Source: Crocinitomicaceae bacterium
Lineage (GTDB): Bacteria; Bacteroidota; Bacteroidia; Flavobacteriales_D; Crocinitomicaceae
Reading direction: 5' to 3'
Assembly: GCA_042094515.1 (NCBI GenBank)
Contig: JBELDA010000005.1
Coordinates: 22,077 to 86,076 of the forward strand
DNA length: 64,000 nt
The translations under genes and the position numbers were made by a program. Under the pieces are notes generated by a model. That model saw nothing but the letters and a program-made list of their open reading frames with translations, made no database searches and had not been told where the DNA came from. This document shows, in pieces, positions 1-9,499 of the stretch (positions are counted from its first letter, which is position 1; each line of letters opens with the position of its first letter).

Positions 1-2
1 TT

Positions 3-554
3 TACAGAAGTGAAGAAGAGCTTTCAGCTATATCTAAGCGTATGTTGGAGCTGAAAAAAGCATTTAAGGAAAGAGGTATTTCATTTAAATATGATGATGA
101 CGACAATCGAAGACCTGGATGGAAGTTTTCTGAGTACGAAACGAAGGGTGTTCCCGTAAGATTGGCTATGGGGCCTAGGGATTTGGCAAATGGTAAAATT
201 GAAATCGCTAGAAGAGATACAAAAGAGAAAAAGATAGTTGATTTTGATGGGGTTGATACATATGTTGATCGATTGTTAAAAGAAATGCAGAGTAGTCTTT
301 TTCAAAAAGCTTTAGACTTTAAAAATAATTCAACCAAAGAAGTAGAAGATTTTGAATCTTTCAAAAAGGCAATAAAAGCTGGAGGTTTTGTCTCTGCTCA
401 TTGGGATGGTTCTTCGGAAACTGAAGATAAAATTAAAGAGCTAACTCAAGCCACTATACGTTGTATTCCTCTTGATCAAGTTAAGGAAGATGGAAAATGC
501 GTCTTTTCAGGCAATTCATCTAAGGGTCGCGTTCTTTTCGCTAAAGCCTATTAG
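3..554 (+). CDS. proS: proline--tRNA ligase, C-terminal part (5' end outside window)
   Basis: The reading frame is open from the window edge, with no stop before the ATG at 42. RRPGWKFSEYETKGVPVRLAMGPRDL and the C-terminal ...GKCVFSG...VLFAKAY are typical of the anticodon-binding and C-terminal domains of archaeal/eukaryote-type class II ProRS. Confidence 0.85.
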   Translation, partial: YRSEEELSAISKRMLELKKAFKERGISFKYDDDDNRRPGWKFSEYETKGVPVRLAMGPRDLANGKIEIARRDTKEKKIVDFDGVDTYVDRLLKEMQSSLFQKALDFKNNSTKEVEDFESFKKAIKAGGFVSAHWDGSSETEDKIKELTQATIRCIPLDQVKEDGKCVFSGNSSKGRVLFAKAY

Positions 555-1261
555 TGTCATCTGTATTTAAATTTAAAGAGTTTGATGTCCTTCAAAAGGA
601 TTCTGTCCTTAAGGTGGGTACGGATAGTATGCTCTTAGGGGCTATGATTGATTCTGGTCATTCCCGGTCTGGCTTGGATTTAGGAGCAGGAACGGGTGTT
701 CTTTCCCTTATGGTAGCTCAAAAAAATAAAGACATTTACATTGATGCTATTGAAAATGATATTCCCACCTATAAAGAATGCGATTTTAATTTTAAATCAT
801 CTCAATACTCAAATAGGTTAGAGGCAATTTCGGATAGTTATTTTGAATATTCTTTTGAAAAGAAATATGATCTAATTTTTTCGAATCCCCCTTTTTATAT
901 TGAAGAAGGAGTGAACATGAAGCCTTCAAATCGCTTATCCAAGCATGGGAGTGTAATGAAATTTAAAAAACTAGCTTCTTTGGTCGTTGATGTATTGGCT
1001 GTGCAGGGCTGCTTTTGGATTGTTCTTCCATACAAATTATATAATCTATTAATAGAGATGAATGTTTTTAATGACTTATTTGTTAATGAGTTATATAATA
1101 TACATTCAAAGGAAAGAAAATTGAATTCCCGTGTAATTGTAAAGTTTTCATTTACAAAAAAAAAGAGAGTTGTAAAAGATCTTGTCCTTAGAAAATCAGA
1201 CAATACCTATACCTCGGAATACATCGAATTAACAAAGGATTTTCATTTTAACAAACTCTAG
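554..1261 (+). CDS. SAM-dependent methyltransferase, tRNA (adenine-N6)-methyltransferase (YfiC/TrmN6)-like
   Basis: Motif I is LDLGAGTGVLSLM and motif IV is FSNPPFY (NPPY/F amino-methyltransferase signature). The N-terminus FKFKEFDVLQ...LKVGTDSMLLGA resembles YfiC. GTG start overlaps the proS stop by 1 nt (TAGTG). Confidence 0.7.
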   Translation: MSSVFKFKEFDVLQKDSVLKVGTDSMLLGAMIDSGHSRSGLDLGAGTGVLSLMVAQKNKDIYIDAIENDIPTYKECDFNFKSSQYSNRLEAISDSYFEYSFEKKYDLIFSNPPFYIEEGVNMKPSNRLSKHGSVMKFKKLASLVVDVLAVQGCFWIVLPYKLYNLLIEMNVFNDLFVNELYNIHSKERKLNSRVIVKFSFTKKKRVVKDLVLRKSDNTYTSEYIELTKDFHFNKL

Positions 1262-1379
1262 ATTTTAACACATTTAAACCTCTTGCCATATTTTTGAATT
1301 TTTGAAATTCATTATAGTGCGAATTTCATAACAATAAATAAAAATCGTTCGCGTTTTTAATCTTATATTGTTCGCATAT

Positions 1380-2036
1380 ATGAGGATTAAGCTTATTACT
1401 ATTTTTGCATTCATTTTATTCTCCAACTATGGAAAGTCACAGTCCATTGATCCTGATGATTCCTTTACTATAGAATTGGGACTTCCGAATTCTTTTACAA
1501 ATCAACCGTTTAAAGATATAATGCAGGGTTTAGTTTGTGTTAGTCCTTATTATCAATACGCTTTTAAAAGTGGTTTCGCTCTGGGAGCGGGGGGGCATTA
1601 TTCTTATTTCGCAGTAAATGAATTTAGCTTACCTTCTGCTGTTTATGGAGGGATGCATACGCTTGCGGGGTTTTTAAAGCTTTCACATGAGAAGTTTTGG
1701 GGAGAACGTTTTGGAACTGATTTGGGAGTAAAATTTGGTTATGCGCACACTATGGTTAAAACAGATGTTCTAAGTGCTCAAGGAACGCTACTCCATGTCA
1801 TTCAGTCGACGTATATCGAGCCTGTTGTAGGATTGATTTTATCGTCTGATGAGTCGAACTCATACAGATTAACAATTGGCTACCCTTTTTATGGATTTGG
1901 TTTCAAGCCTTGGACTATTGGTCTGGATAGTGAATTGGGTTATGAATCTACTGAATTCGGCCGGATATCTTCATTCTTAACAATTGGTTTTGGTTATACC
2001 CATTATTTTAATGGGAAGAGCTCGAGCGAAGAATAA
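1380..2036 (+). CDS. hypothetical secreted / outer-membrane beta-barrel-like protein
   Basis: ATG at 1380 gives the signal peptide MRIKLITIFAFILFSNYGKSQS. The body is rich in alternating G/Y/F strands and ends aromatic-rich. Function unknown. Confidence 0.5.
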   Translation: MRIKLITIFAFILFSNYGKSQSIDPDDSFTIELGLPNSFTNQPFKDIMQGLVCVSPYYQYAFKSGFALGAGGHYSYFAVNEFSLPSAVYGGMHTLAGFLKLSHEKFWGERFGTDLGVKFGYAHTMVKTDVLSAQGTLLHVIQSTYIEPVVGLILSSDESNSYRLTIGYPFYGFGFKPWTIGLDSELGYESTEFGRISSFLTIGFGYTHYFNGKSSSEE

Positions 2037-3680
2037 CTAGGTTTGAATGACACCAACATTATATTTTTCGTCAATCTTATTGTGATTTGCCATTTCTATA
2101 CCCATGGAAATTACTTTTCTAGTCTCTACAGGGTTGATAATGGCATCAATCCATAATCGACTGGCTGCATAATATGGAGATATCTGCTTATCGTATTTAT
2201 TTTTGATTTTATTAAATAATTCGTCCTCTTTTTCCTTTGTGATTTTTTCACCCTTAGACTTGAGGGAAGATATTTCTATTTGAAGCAATGTTTTGGCCGC
2301 AGCAGCTCCACTCATTACTGCAATTTCGGCTGTAGGCCATCCGACTATAAGTCTTGGGTCATAAGCTTTTCCACACATGGCATAATTCCCGGCCCCATAA
2401 GAGTTTCCAATAACGATTGAAAACTTTGGTACTATTGAATTGGACATTGCATTTACCATTTTTGCCCCATCTTTAATAATCCCACCATGTTCACTTTTAG
2501 AACCTACCATGAACCCTGTTACATCATGTATAAACACTAATGGAATTTTCTTTTGATTACAATTCATAATGAAACGAGAGGCTTTGTCTGCTGAATCTGA
2601 ATAAATGACCCCTCCGAACTGCATTTCACCTTTGGCATTTTTAACGATTTCTCTGTTGTTCATTACGATGCCAACACTCCATCCGTCAATCCTTGCATAA
2701 GCGGTTATTAGGGTTTTTCCAAAGCCCGCTTTGTATTCAGTGTATTTTGAATCGTCAACTAAGCATTCCAGTATTTTTTTACTTGCATAAGGCTTTGATC
2801 TTTCTGCAGGAAGAATTCCATATACTTTTTCAAGCTTATGTTTAGGTAATGCTGATTCTTCACGATTGAAGCCAGCTTTCTCAGAATCACCTATACGACT
2901 AATAATATCTTGTATGGTTTTGAGACATTCTTTGTCATTTTCAACTTTGTAATCGCAAACCCCTGAAATTTCTGTTTGAGTATGAGCTCCACCAAGTTTT
3001 TCATTATCGATTGATTCTCCTATAGCTGCTTTGACCAAATAAGATCCAGCAAGAAAAATTGTTCCGGTTTTGTTTACAATCAATGACTCATCGGACATAA
3101 TGGGGAGATAAGCTCCACCCGCTACACAGCTTCCCATTACCGCTGCAATCTGAACAATTCCCTTAGAGCTCATAATGGCATTGTTTCTAAATATACGCCC
3201 AAAATGTTCCTTATCAGGAAAAATTTCGTCCTGCATGGGGAGAAAAACACCAGCTGAATCTACAAGATAAATAATAGGCAAGTTATTTTCCATGGCGATT
3301 TCCTGTGCTCTCAAATTCTTTTTACCTGTTATCGGGAACCATGCACCTGCTTTAACTGTGGCATCATTGGCTACTACAATGCATTGTTTTTTACTCACGT
3401 ATCCAATAACAATTACAACACCACCTGAAGGACATCCTCCGTATTCCTCATACATGCCGTCGCCAGCAAAGGCCCCAATTTCAAGGCTTTCAGTATTGGG
3501 ATCTAAAAGATGCTCTATTCTTTCTCGAGCGGTTAGCTTACCTGCTTTGTGAAGCTTATCTATACGTTTCTTTCCTCCACCAAGATAGATTTCATCAAGA
3601 GCCCTTTCCATTGCTCTAATTTTAAGTCGCATTTGATCTTCATTGTAATTGAAATCAATATCTTTTGATGATACAGCCAT
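2037..3680 (-). CDS. acyl-CoA carboxylase carboxyltransferase (beta) subunit, methylcrotonyl-/propionyl-CoA carboxylase type
   Basis: 547 aa. GKLTARERIEHLLD, VVANDATVKAGAWFP, LPIIYLVDSAGVFLPMQDEIFPDKEHFGRIF and VMGSCVAGGAYLPIMSDE are the conserved carboxyltransferase blocks. Confidence 0.85.
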   Translation of the reverse strand: MAVSSKDIDFNYNEDQMRLKIRAMERALDEIYLGGGKKRIDKLHKAGKLTARERIEHLLDPNTESLEIGAFAGDGMYEEYGGCPSGGVVIVIGYVSKKQCIVVANDATVKAGAWFPITGKKNLRAQEIAMENNLPIIYLVDSAGVFLPMQDEIFPDKEHFGRIFRNNAIMSSKGIVQIAAVMGSCVAGGAYLPIMSDESLIVNKTGTIFLAGSYLVKAAIGESIDNEKLGGAHTQTEISGVCDYKVENDKECLKTIQDIISRIGDSEKAGFNREESALPKHKLEKVYGILPAERSKPYASKKILECLVDDSKYTEYKAGFGKTLITAYARIDGWSVGIVMNNREIVKNAKGEMQFGGVIYSDSADKASRFIMNCNQKKIPLVFIHDVTGFMVGSKSEHGGIIKDGAKMVNAMSNSIVPKFSIVIGNSYGAGNYAMCGKAYDPRLIVGWPTAEIAVMSGAAAAKTLLQIEISSLKSKGEKITKEKEDELFNKIKNKYDKQISPYYAASRLWIDAIINPVETRKVISMGIEMANHNKIDEKYNVGVIQT

Positions 3681-3728
3681 AGGAATAATTTGAATCCAAA
3701 TATACGAAACTCAAGTTTTTCGCTCGTA

Positions 3729-3756
3729 TAGATTTGCACCTTTAATTGTACATTTG
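3729..3756 (+). promoter_or_regulatory. candidate Bacteroidota -7 promoter boxes upstream of the DAACS transporter
   Basis: Two exact matches to the Bacteroidetes sigmaA -7 consensus TAnnTTTG: TAGATTTG (3729-3736) and TACATTTG (3749-3756). They lie 37 and 17 nt upstream of the ATG at 3773. Confidence 0.35.
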
Positions 3757-3772
3757 TTTAAAATTTTGAATT

Positions 3773-5161
3773 ATGAAGAATTTGGCATTGCATTGGAAAA
3801 TCATGATAGGTATGGTTTTAGGTGTAGTTTGGGCCTTAATTTCTGGTTATGCAGGCTGGAATGAGTTTACGATTGATTGGATTGATCCATTTGGTGTAAT
3901 ATTCATTAATTGTCTGAAGTTTATCGCTATTCCCTTGGTTTTATTTTCAATTGTAGGTGGTGTAGCGAGTCTTGGGAATGTACGTCAGCTGGGTAGGATA
4001 GGAGCTAAAACGTTGGGTTTATACCTTCTTACCACGGTAACCTCGGTTACATTAGGATTAAGCTTGGTGAATTTTATTAAACCTGGGAATAATTCAATGG
4101 AGAATACAAATCGCCTTCGTTATGAGATTTGGGCGCATTCTGAAGGCCAAGAAATCAAAGATGGAAAAAATGTACTCCAAAATGCAGACCCTGTTTTAAT
4201 AAGAAAAATTGAGAAATCTTTATCAGAAGAAAAGAGCTCTTCCGACTATCAAAAAATGATGTCAAAGAATGAAGAAGCCAAAAAAAGAGATCCAGGCCCA
4301 CTTCAGCCATTTGTTGATATGGTACCTGAAAATCTCGTAAAATCATTTTCTAGTAGTAAGCTGATGCTTCAGGTTATCTTTTTTGCCTTGTTTTTTGGGG
4401 TTGCACTTTCGATGCTTCAAAATGAGAAATCGAAAAAGGTTCATGAGTTTTTTGACGGTATGGGAGAGGTATTTATTAAAATGGTAAACATGATTATGGC
4501 CATTTCACCTTTTTTTGTTTTTTGTCTAATGGCAGGTGTTTTGGCAAAAATTGCAAATTCACCTTCAGAATTATTTTCATTATTTAGTACACTTGGGTTA
4601 TATTCCTTGGTTGTATTGCTTGGTCTAAGCTTATTGCTTTTTGGTTTTTATCCTTTATTGCAAAGAATTTTTGGTGTTCGTTATGGGTATATGGATTTCT
4701 TTAGAAAAATGAGTCCTGCCCAGTTTCTTGCCTTTTCAACGAGCTCAAGTGCTGCGACCCTTCCTGTTACTATTAGATGTGTTGAAAAAGAGCTAAAGGT
4801 TCCTAAAAAAGTTAGTGATTTTGTTTTGCCCATAGGTGCGACTGTTAATATGGATGGCACCTCTTTATATCAAGCTGTGGCAGTGATTTTTTTAGCACAG
4901 TTTCATGGTGTGGATTTGACTATTTCACAACAGATTGGTATAGTTGCAACTACTACTTTAGCTTCAATCGGTTCTGCTGCTGTTCCAAGTGCTGGTTTAA
5001 TTATGCTGATGTTTGTATTGTCTTCCGTAGGATTGAATCCAATGTGGATTATAATCATTTATCCAATTGATCGTATTCTTGATATGTGCAGAACCGTAAT
5101 TAACGTTACTAGTGATGCAACGGTGGCTGCTATTGTTGCCAAATCAGAAGAGGGGAAATAA
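3773..5161 (+). CDS. dicarboxylate/amino acid:cation symporter (DAACS/GltP family) with enlarged hydrophilic loop
   Basis: 462 aa, multi-TM. Family blocks SSSAATLPVT and GATVNMDGTSLYQAVAVIFLAQ, plus the C-terminal DRILDMCRTVINVTSDA. Confidence 0.85.
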   Translation: MKNLALHWKIMIGMVLGVVWALISGYAGWNEFTIDWIDPFGVIFINCLKFIAIPLVLFSIVGGVASLGNVRQLGRIGAKTLGLYLLTTVTSVTLGLSLVNFIKPGNNSMENTNRLRYEIWAHSEGQEIKDGKNVLQNADPVLIRKIEKSLSEEKSSSDYQKMMSKNEEAKKRDPGPLQPFVDMVPENLVKSFSSSKLMLQVIFFALFFGVALSMLQNEKSKKVHEFFDGMGEVFIKMVNMIMAISPFFVFCLMAGVLAKIANSPSELFSLFSTLGLYSLVVLLGLSLLLFGFYPLLQRIFGVRYGYMDFFRKMSPAQFLAFSTSSSAATLPVTIRCVEKELKVPKKVSDFVLPIGATVNMDGTSLYQAVAVIFLAQFHGVDLTISQQIGIVATTTLASIGSAAVPSAGLIMLMFVLSSVGLNPMWIIIIYPIDRILDMCRTVINVTSDATVAAIVAKSEEGK

Positions 5162-5164
5162 GCT

Positions 5165-5779
5165 TCAGCTCAGTATCTCTATCAACATGGATGAGTCAAT
5201 ATCGTGATTTCCGTCATAAACATGTGTCTTAAATCCGATATTCTGATAAAACTCAATTTCTTTTTGACGCATTTTATCGTTAATAAATTCGTCTTTGCTA
5301 CCAACTACATAAAAATTAGCTTTTGACATCTTAAGATTTGGTTTTGTAATATCTGGTGGAAACACGGAGGACCATAGAATTAGCTTATCAAATTTATTTG
5401 GATCATCATAATACCATCGAGCAGCTGTCGCACCTCCTTGGGAAAACCCGAGAAGAGAAACCTCTTCAAAAGATTTTTCTGACTTAACTTCATGGAGCAA
5501 GGCATTGAGCCAATTTAAGTTGTCTTTAATGTCATCTGCTCGTGCTTCTTTTGTCATCCAAGAAGCACCAACCCGGCCTGAATATCCCTGTTTATAAAAT
5601 CTGTGAGGCCCTTCAGGCGCTATAATAAAATAAGAGCTAGGGGAAGAATGAAATTTCCTTAAAAAATATTCAGCAAGATGTCCATATCCATGCATGACGA
5701 TTAATAATTTTTTAGATTTCATTTTGTCGCCATGAGTGAAATATCTATAGGTCTTTGAATAAGAAAAACTATGGTCCAT
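5165..5779 (-). CDS. alpha/beta hydrolase (phospholipase/carboxylesterase family)
   Basis: 204 aa. LLIVMHGYG, the nucleophile elbow GFSQGG, and a late GNHDI catalytic His region. Confidence 0.7.
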   Translation of the reverse strand: MDHSFSYSKTYRYFTHGDKMKSKKLLIVMHGYGHLAEYFLRKFHSSPSSYFIIAPEGPHRFYKQGYSGRVGASWMTKEARADDIKDNLNWLNALLHEVKSEKSFEEVSLLGFSQGGATAARWYYDDPNKFDKLILWSSVFPPDITKPNLKMSKANFYVVGSKDEFINDKMRQKEIEFYQNIGFKTHVYDGNHDIDSSMLIEILS

Positions 5780-5819
5780 ATTTTGTAGGTAAGCCTAATA
5801 AAAATAATAAATTTGCAGG

Positions 5820-8336
5820 GTGATTAGTACTCCATTTCATAATTTTATTTTCATGGCTTGTCTATTTTGTTCCCAATCGTTATTGGGGCAGCAAAAAATC
5901 ACAGTTTATGATGATGTATCCTCTTTACCTATTCATGATGTGAATATACTTATCTACGGAAAAGATATTGTTCCGGATGGAGATGGATGGAGAACAGAAA
6001 AAACTTTTGGAGGTTTTACTCTTGTTGAAGAACATTTTACAAATAAAAAGGGAAGAGTTCAAACTAATATTTTTGACCTTGCAGATTCGTTATGGCGGAT
6101 TTCATTTTATCATAAAAATTACATTTCAGCTACACTAACATTAGGTGCTTTAGAGAGATTGAATTTCAAAGTAAACCTTCAATCTAGTGCAAATACTCTG
6201 GAAGAGACTGTGGTATCTGCAAATCGCATATCAGAAAAGAAAAAAGATGTTATCCAAAAAATACGGGTGATTCGGAGTCGCGAAATGGAATCGCAAAATC
6301 AGTCATCAATGGCCGATTTGATTGATAATTCAGGTAATGTTTTTGTTCAAAAAAGTCAACTCGGTGGTGGAAGTCCAATAATTAGGGGGTTTGAGACTAA
6401 TAAGGTATTAATGGTAGTAGATGGAGTAAGAATGAATAATGCCATATACAGGGGGGGGCACCTTCAGAATATCATCACCTTGGACAATTCAATTATGGAT
6501 AGAGTAGAGGTCGTATTTGGCCCAGGATCTGTTATTTATGGTTCTGATGCCATTGGTGGCGTAATGACCTTTAAAACAAAAGACCCAGTATTAAGTAGAA
6601 AGGATAAAGTGATGGTTATTGGTAATGCTTATTCTAGATATTTCTCAGCTGCAAGTGGTTTTGCAAGTAATGCACATGTATCGGTAGGGAATAAGAAGCT
6701 CGGTTCTTTGACATCTTTCACTTATTCTTCATTTGGAGATCTGAGACAAGGGTCAAAAAGATTAAGTATTGCTGATGGTTTTGGTGAAAGAAATTGGTAT
6801 GTTTCTCGTGTGAATGGAGTAGATTCGATGCTCGAAAACTCGGATTCTAACCTTCAAATTGGCTCTGGGTATTCTCAATATGACATTTTACAAAAATTCA
6901 TATATAAGCCTAAGAAACATGTTTTACACAAACTTAATTTTCAATTGTCAAATTCTGGAAATGTCGATCGTTATGATCGTTTAACTCAATTAGAGAATGA
7001 ACAGGCAAAATATGCGGAATGGTATTATGGACCACAATTTCGGTTTATGTCCTCATATACTCTTGAACTTACAAAGTCGAATGATTTATTTGATTTTTCA
7101 AAGTTCGTATTGGCATATCAATCGATTGAAGAAAGTCGAGTAGTAAGAAAGTATCAGGAGGATGAACAGAATTCAAGAAGCGAGAAATTGAACATTCTTA
7201 CCTTGAATTGTGATTTTTCTAAAGTAGCGTATCATACAAATGCTGCCAAAAGAACTTTTAAGCACGAAGTAAGGTATGGTTTGGATATGTTCTTCAACGA
7301 TGTACAGTCTAATGCATTTTCAATGAATATCAATACTATGGATGTATCTAGCTTGGATACGCGTTATCCTGATGGTGGATCTGATATGTTTTCTTTTGCA
7401 GTTTATATTACGGACAATCTTGAGTTGAGTGAAAAGATGATTCTAAATGCAGGGGTAAGATCCTCTCAGGTGAGACTTAATGCAAAATTTTTAGATAAAA
7501 CTTTTTTCCCTTTTCCATTTAGCTCAATCAAACTTGAAAACGCCTCTCTGAATGGGAATATGGGTTTAATTTATATGCCTAATGAGTCATTTCGGTATAC
7601 TGTATCAGCAGCTACTGGATTTAGAGCACCCAATGTAGATGATGTTTCAAAAGTTTTTGAGTCTGTCCCAGGTAAAGTAATCGTTCCAAATCCAGATTTA
7701 AAACCAGAATACTCGTATAACCTTGAATTGGGTTCTGAAATAAAGCTTTTTAAAAAGCTAACGATTTCAGCAAATGTCTTTGGTACATTCTTAACGAATG
7801 CTTTAACCGTTCAAAATTCGAATTTTAATGGTGAAGACTCGATTTTGTACGAAGGAACATACAGCCAAGTGATCACTACCACGAATGCCAATAGGGCCTA
7901 TGTATTTGGTGTTGAAGGTGTTTTGAATGGCAATATCGGTAAATACTTCAATATTTATTCTACCATTAATTACACACGCGGAAGGATACTAACTGATAGT
8001 ATTCCATATCCATTAGATCATATACCTCCAATTTTTGGTAAGCTCAGCTTAAAGTACCAAAGAAAGAAAATATCATCAGAATTCTTTGTGAATTATTCTG
8101 GGTGGAAACGTTTAGATGATTACAATTTAGTCGGTGAAGATAATTATGCATTTGCTTTACCTCAAGGAATGCCAAGTTGGTATACTATAAACTTGCGATG
8201 TAGTTATTCATTCAGTAAAAATTTATCTTTTCAGCTTTCTTGTGAAAATATACTAGATCAGAATTACAGAAAATTCGCTTCTAACATTTCGTCTCCAGGA
8301 AGAAATTTTATTATAACACTCAGAGGAAAATTCTAA
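5820..8336 (+). CDS. TonB-dependent receptor with N-terminal carboxypeptidase-regulatory-like domain
   Basis: 838 aa with a signal peptide. Plug-domain block IIRGFETNKVLMVVDGVRMNNAIYRGGHLQN...GPGSVIYGSDAIGGV, a long beta-barrel, and a terminal aromatic (...TLRGKF). The start is uncertain (GTG 5820 or ATG 5853). Confidence 0.85.
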   Translation: MISTPFHNFIFMACLFCSQSLLGQQKITVYDDVSSLPIHDVNILIYGKDIVPDGDGWRTEKTFGGFTLVEEHFTNKKGRVQTNIFDLADSLWRISFYHKNYISATLTLGALERLNFKVNLQSSANTLEETVVSANRISEKKKDVIQKIRVIRSREMESQNQSSMADLIDNSGNVFVQKSQLGGGSPIIRGFETNKVLMVVDGVRMNNAIYRGGHLQNIITLDNSIMDRVEVVFGPGSVIYGSDAIGGVMTFKTKDPVLSRKDKVMVIGNAYSRYFSAASGFASNAHVSVGNKKLGSLTSFTYSSFGDLRQGSKRLSIADGFGERNWYVSRVNGVDSMLENSDSNLQIGSGYSQYDILQKFIYKPKKHVLHKLNFQLSNSGNVDRYDRLTQLENEQAKYAEWYYGPQFRFMSSYTLELTKSNDLFDFSKFVLAYQSIEESRVVRKYQEDEQNSRSEKLNILTLNCDFSKVAYHTNAAKRTFKHEVRYGLDMFFNDVQSNAFSMNINTMDVSSLDTRYPDGGSDMFSFAVYITDNLELSEKMILNAGVRSSQVRLNAKFLDKTFFPFPFSSIKLENASLNGNMGLIYMPNESFRYTVSAATGFRAPNVDDVSKVFESVPGKVIVPNPDLKPEYSYNLELGSEIKLFKKLTISANVFGTFLTNALTVQNSNFNGEDSILYEGTYSQVITTTNANRAYVFGVEGVLNGNIGKYFNIYSTINYTRGRILTDSIPYPLDHIPPIFGKLSLKYQRKKISSEFFVNYSGWKRLDDYNLVGEDNYAFALPQGMPSWYTINLRCSYSFSKNLSFQLSCENILDQNYRKFASNISSPGRNFIITLRGKF

Positions 8337-9145
8337 GGTGTTTTTGAGGTGAAATACTTTCCTTCAGATTCAAGGAAGAAAAATTCTTTTATTTTTTTAT
8401 TTTTTTTCATTATTACTGGTTCGTATGTAAATGGATCAACATTATTGGGTATCGAAGAGATTTTGCCTTCATAAATAATAATATCTTTCACATTATTTTC
8501 GTTTACATTGTTGAAGCTGAAAACATAAGCTTCTACTTCTGTTGAGCCAAGTCCATCAAAATTGGTCCATTCAAAAACAAGTTGGGGAAATTTATTGATT
8601 AGGAAATAAACTTCTTTATAGCTTGAATTTCTAATTCTGAAGTCAATTAATATATCTTTAAAATCTATAGATCTAATATTCTCAAAGGAAACTCGAAGAG
8701 GTAGGAGAGGAGATGAGGGAACTATTAATGGTGAAGACAACGTGTTTGAAATACCATCATAATAAAAGAAAACATTAAAAGGCCCCATGTATCCAATTTC
8801 TTTGGCTTTATATGGTTTTCCTGACTCATCAGCTTTTAATTTTGCATACTCTAGACGATTTAAAGTAATAATAGCATCGGTAATGGTATCAGCATTTAAA
8901 TGTTCCTTGAAAATGTTATATGAATATTGTTCATCATCTTTTATAAATAATGTTCTTTTGAAATGGTCATGTAAAACTCCCTGAATAAAAACCTCAGAGC
9001 TATCGAGTAAATAAATACTTGATTTAGAATCATCATTTAGCTCATTTCCAAATATATCTGTATTTGGTTTAGCATTCTCAGTTTCAGATTCTAAGTTACA
9101 GCTCAGCAACAAGGTTAATGTGATGACGAAATAAACAGATTTCAT
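8333..9145 (-). CDS. hypothetical lipoprotein
   Basis: The internal ATG at 9145 gives the lipobox-like MKSVYFVITLTLLLSCN. No recognisable domain. Confidence 0.5.
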   Translation of the reverse strand: MKSVYFVITLTLLLSCNLESETENAKPNTDIFGNELNDDSKSSIYLLDSSEVFIQGVLHDHFKRTLFIKDDEQYSYNIFKEHLNADTITDAIITLNRLEYAKLKADESGKPYKAKEIGYMGPFNVFFYYDGISNTLSSPLIVPSSPLLPLRVSFENIRSIDFKDILIDFRIRNSSYKEVYFLINKFPQLVFEWTNFDGLGSTEVEAYVFSFNNVNENNVKDIIIYEGKISSIPNNVDPFTYEPVIMKKNKKIKEFFFLESEGKYFTSKTP

Positions 9146-9209
9146 CTGACAAATATACGGACTATTCATATTTATTTTTAATCATGCATGTTGAGTTACG
9201 ATAGTAACA

Positions 9210-9235
9210 AATTCAATAAGTATACTTATTGAATT
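9210..9235. repeat. perfect 26-bp palindrome AATTCAATAAGTATACTTATTGAATT
   Basis: Verified by reverse-complementing the sequence. It lies between the mnmA 3' end and the start of the 8333-9145 lipoprotein gene. The stem is AT-rich and has no flanking T-tract, so it fits an operator better than a terminator. Confidence 0.6.
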
Positions 9236-9499
9236 AAAATAAAGAGTGAGGATTATCAATGAATTGAAACCTTGGAATGATTCTTGCGTTATACATAGCA
9301 TTAAAACTTTTGTTATGAAAAGGAACATACAAACATTGCGAACAAATAAAGTAAAAAAGGCTCAGCTTAAATTATCTAAGCACAGAGAATTGGGGACTGA
9401 TAGTCCGATAGATATTCATGAAGTGGCCACTCTAATGGACTTGGTTAAAAACAGGACTAATATTGAAAACGATTCTCTTATGTTTTCAATAAACATGAA

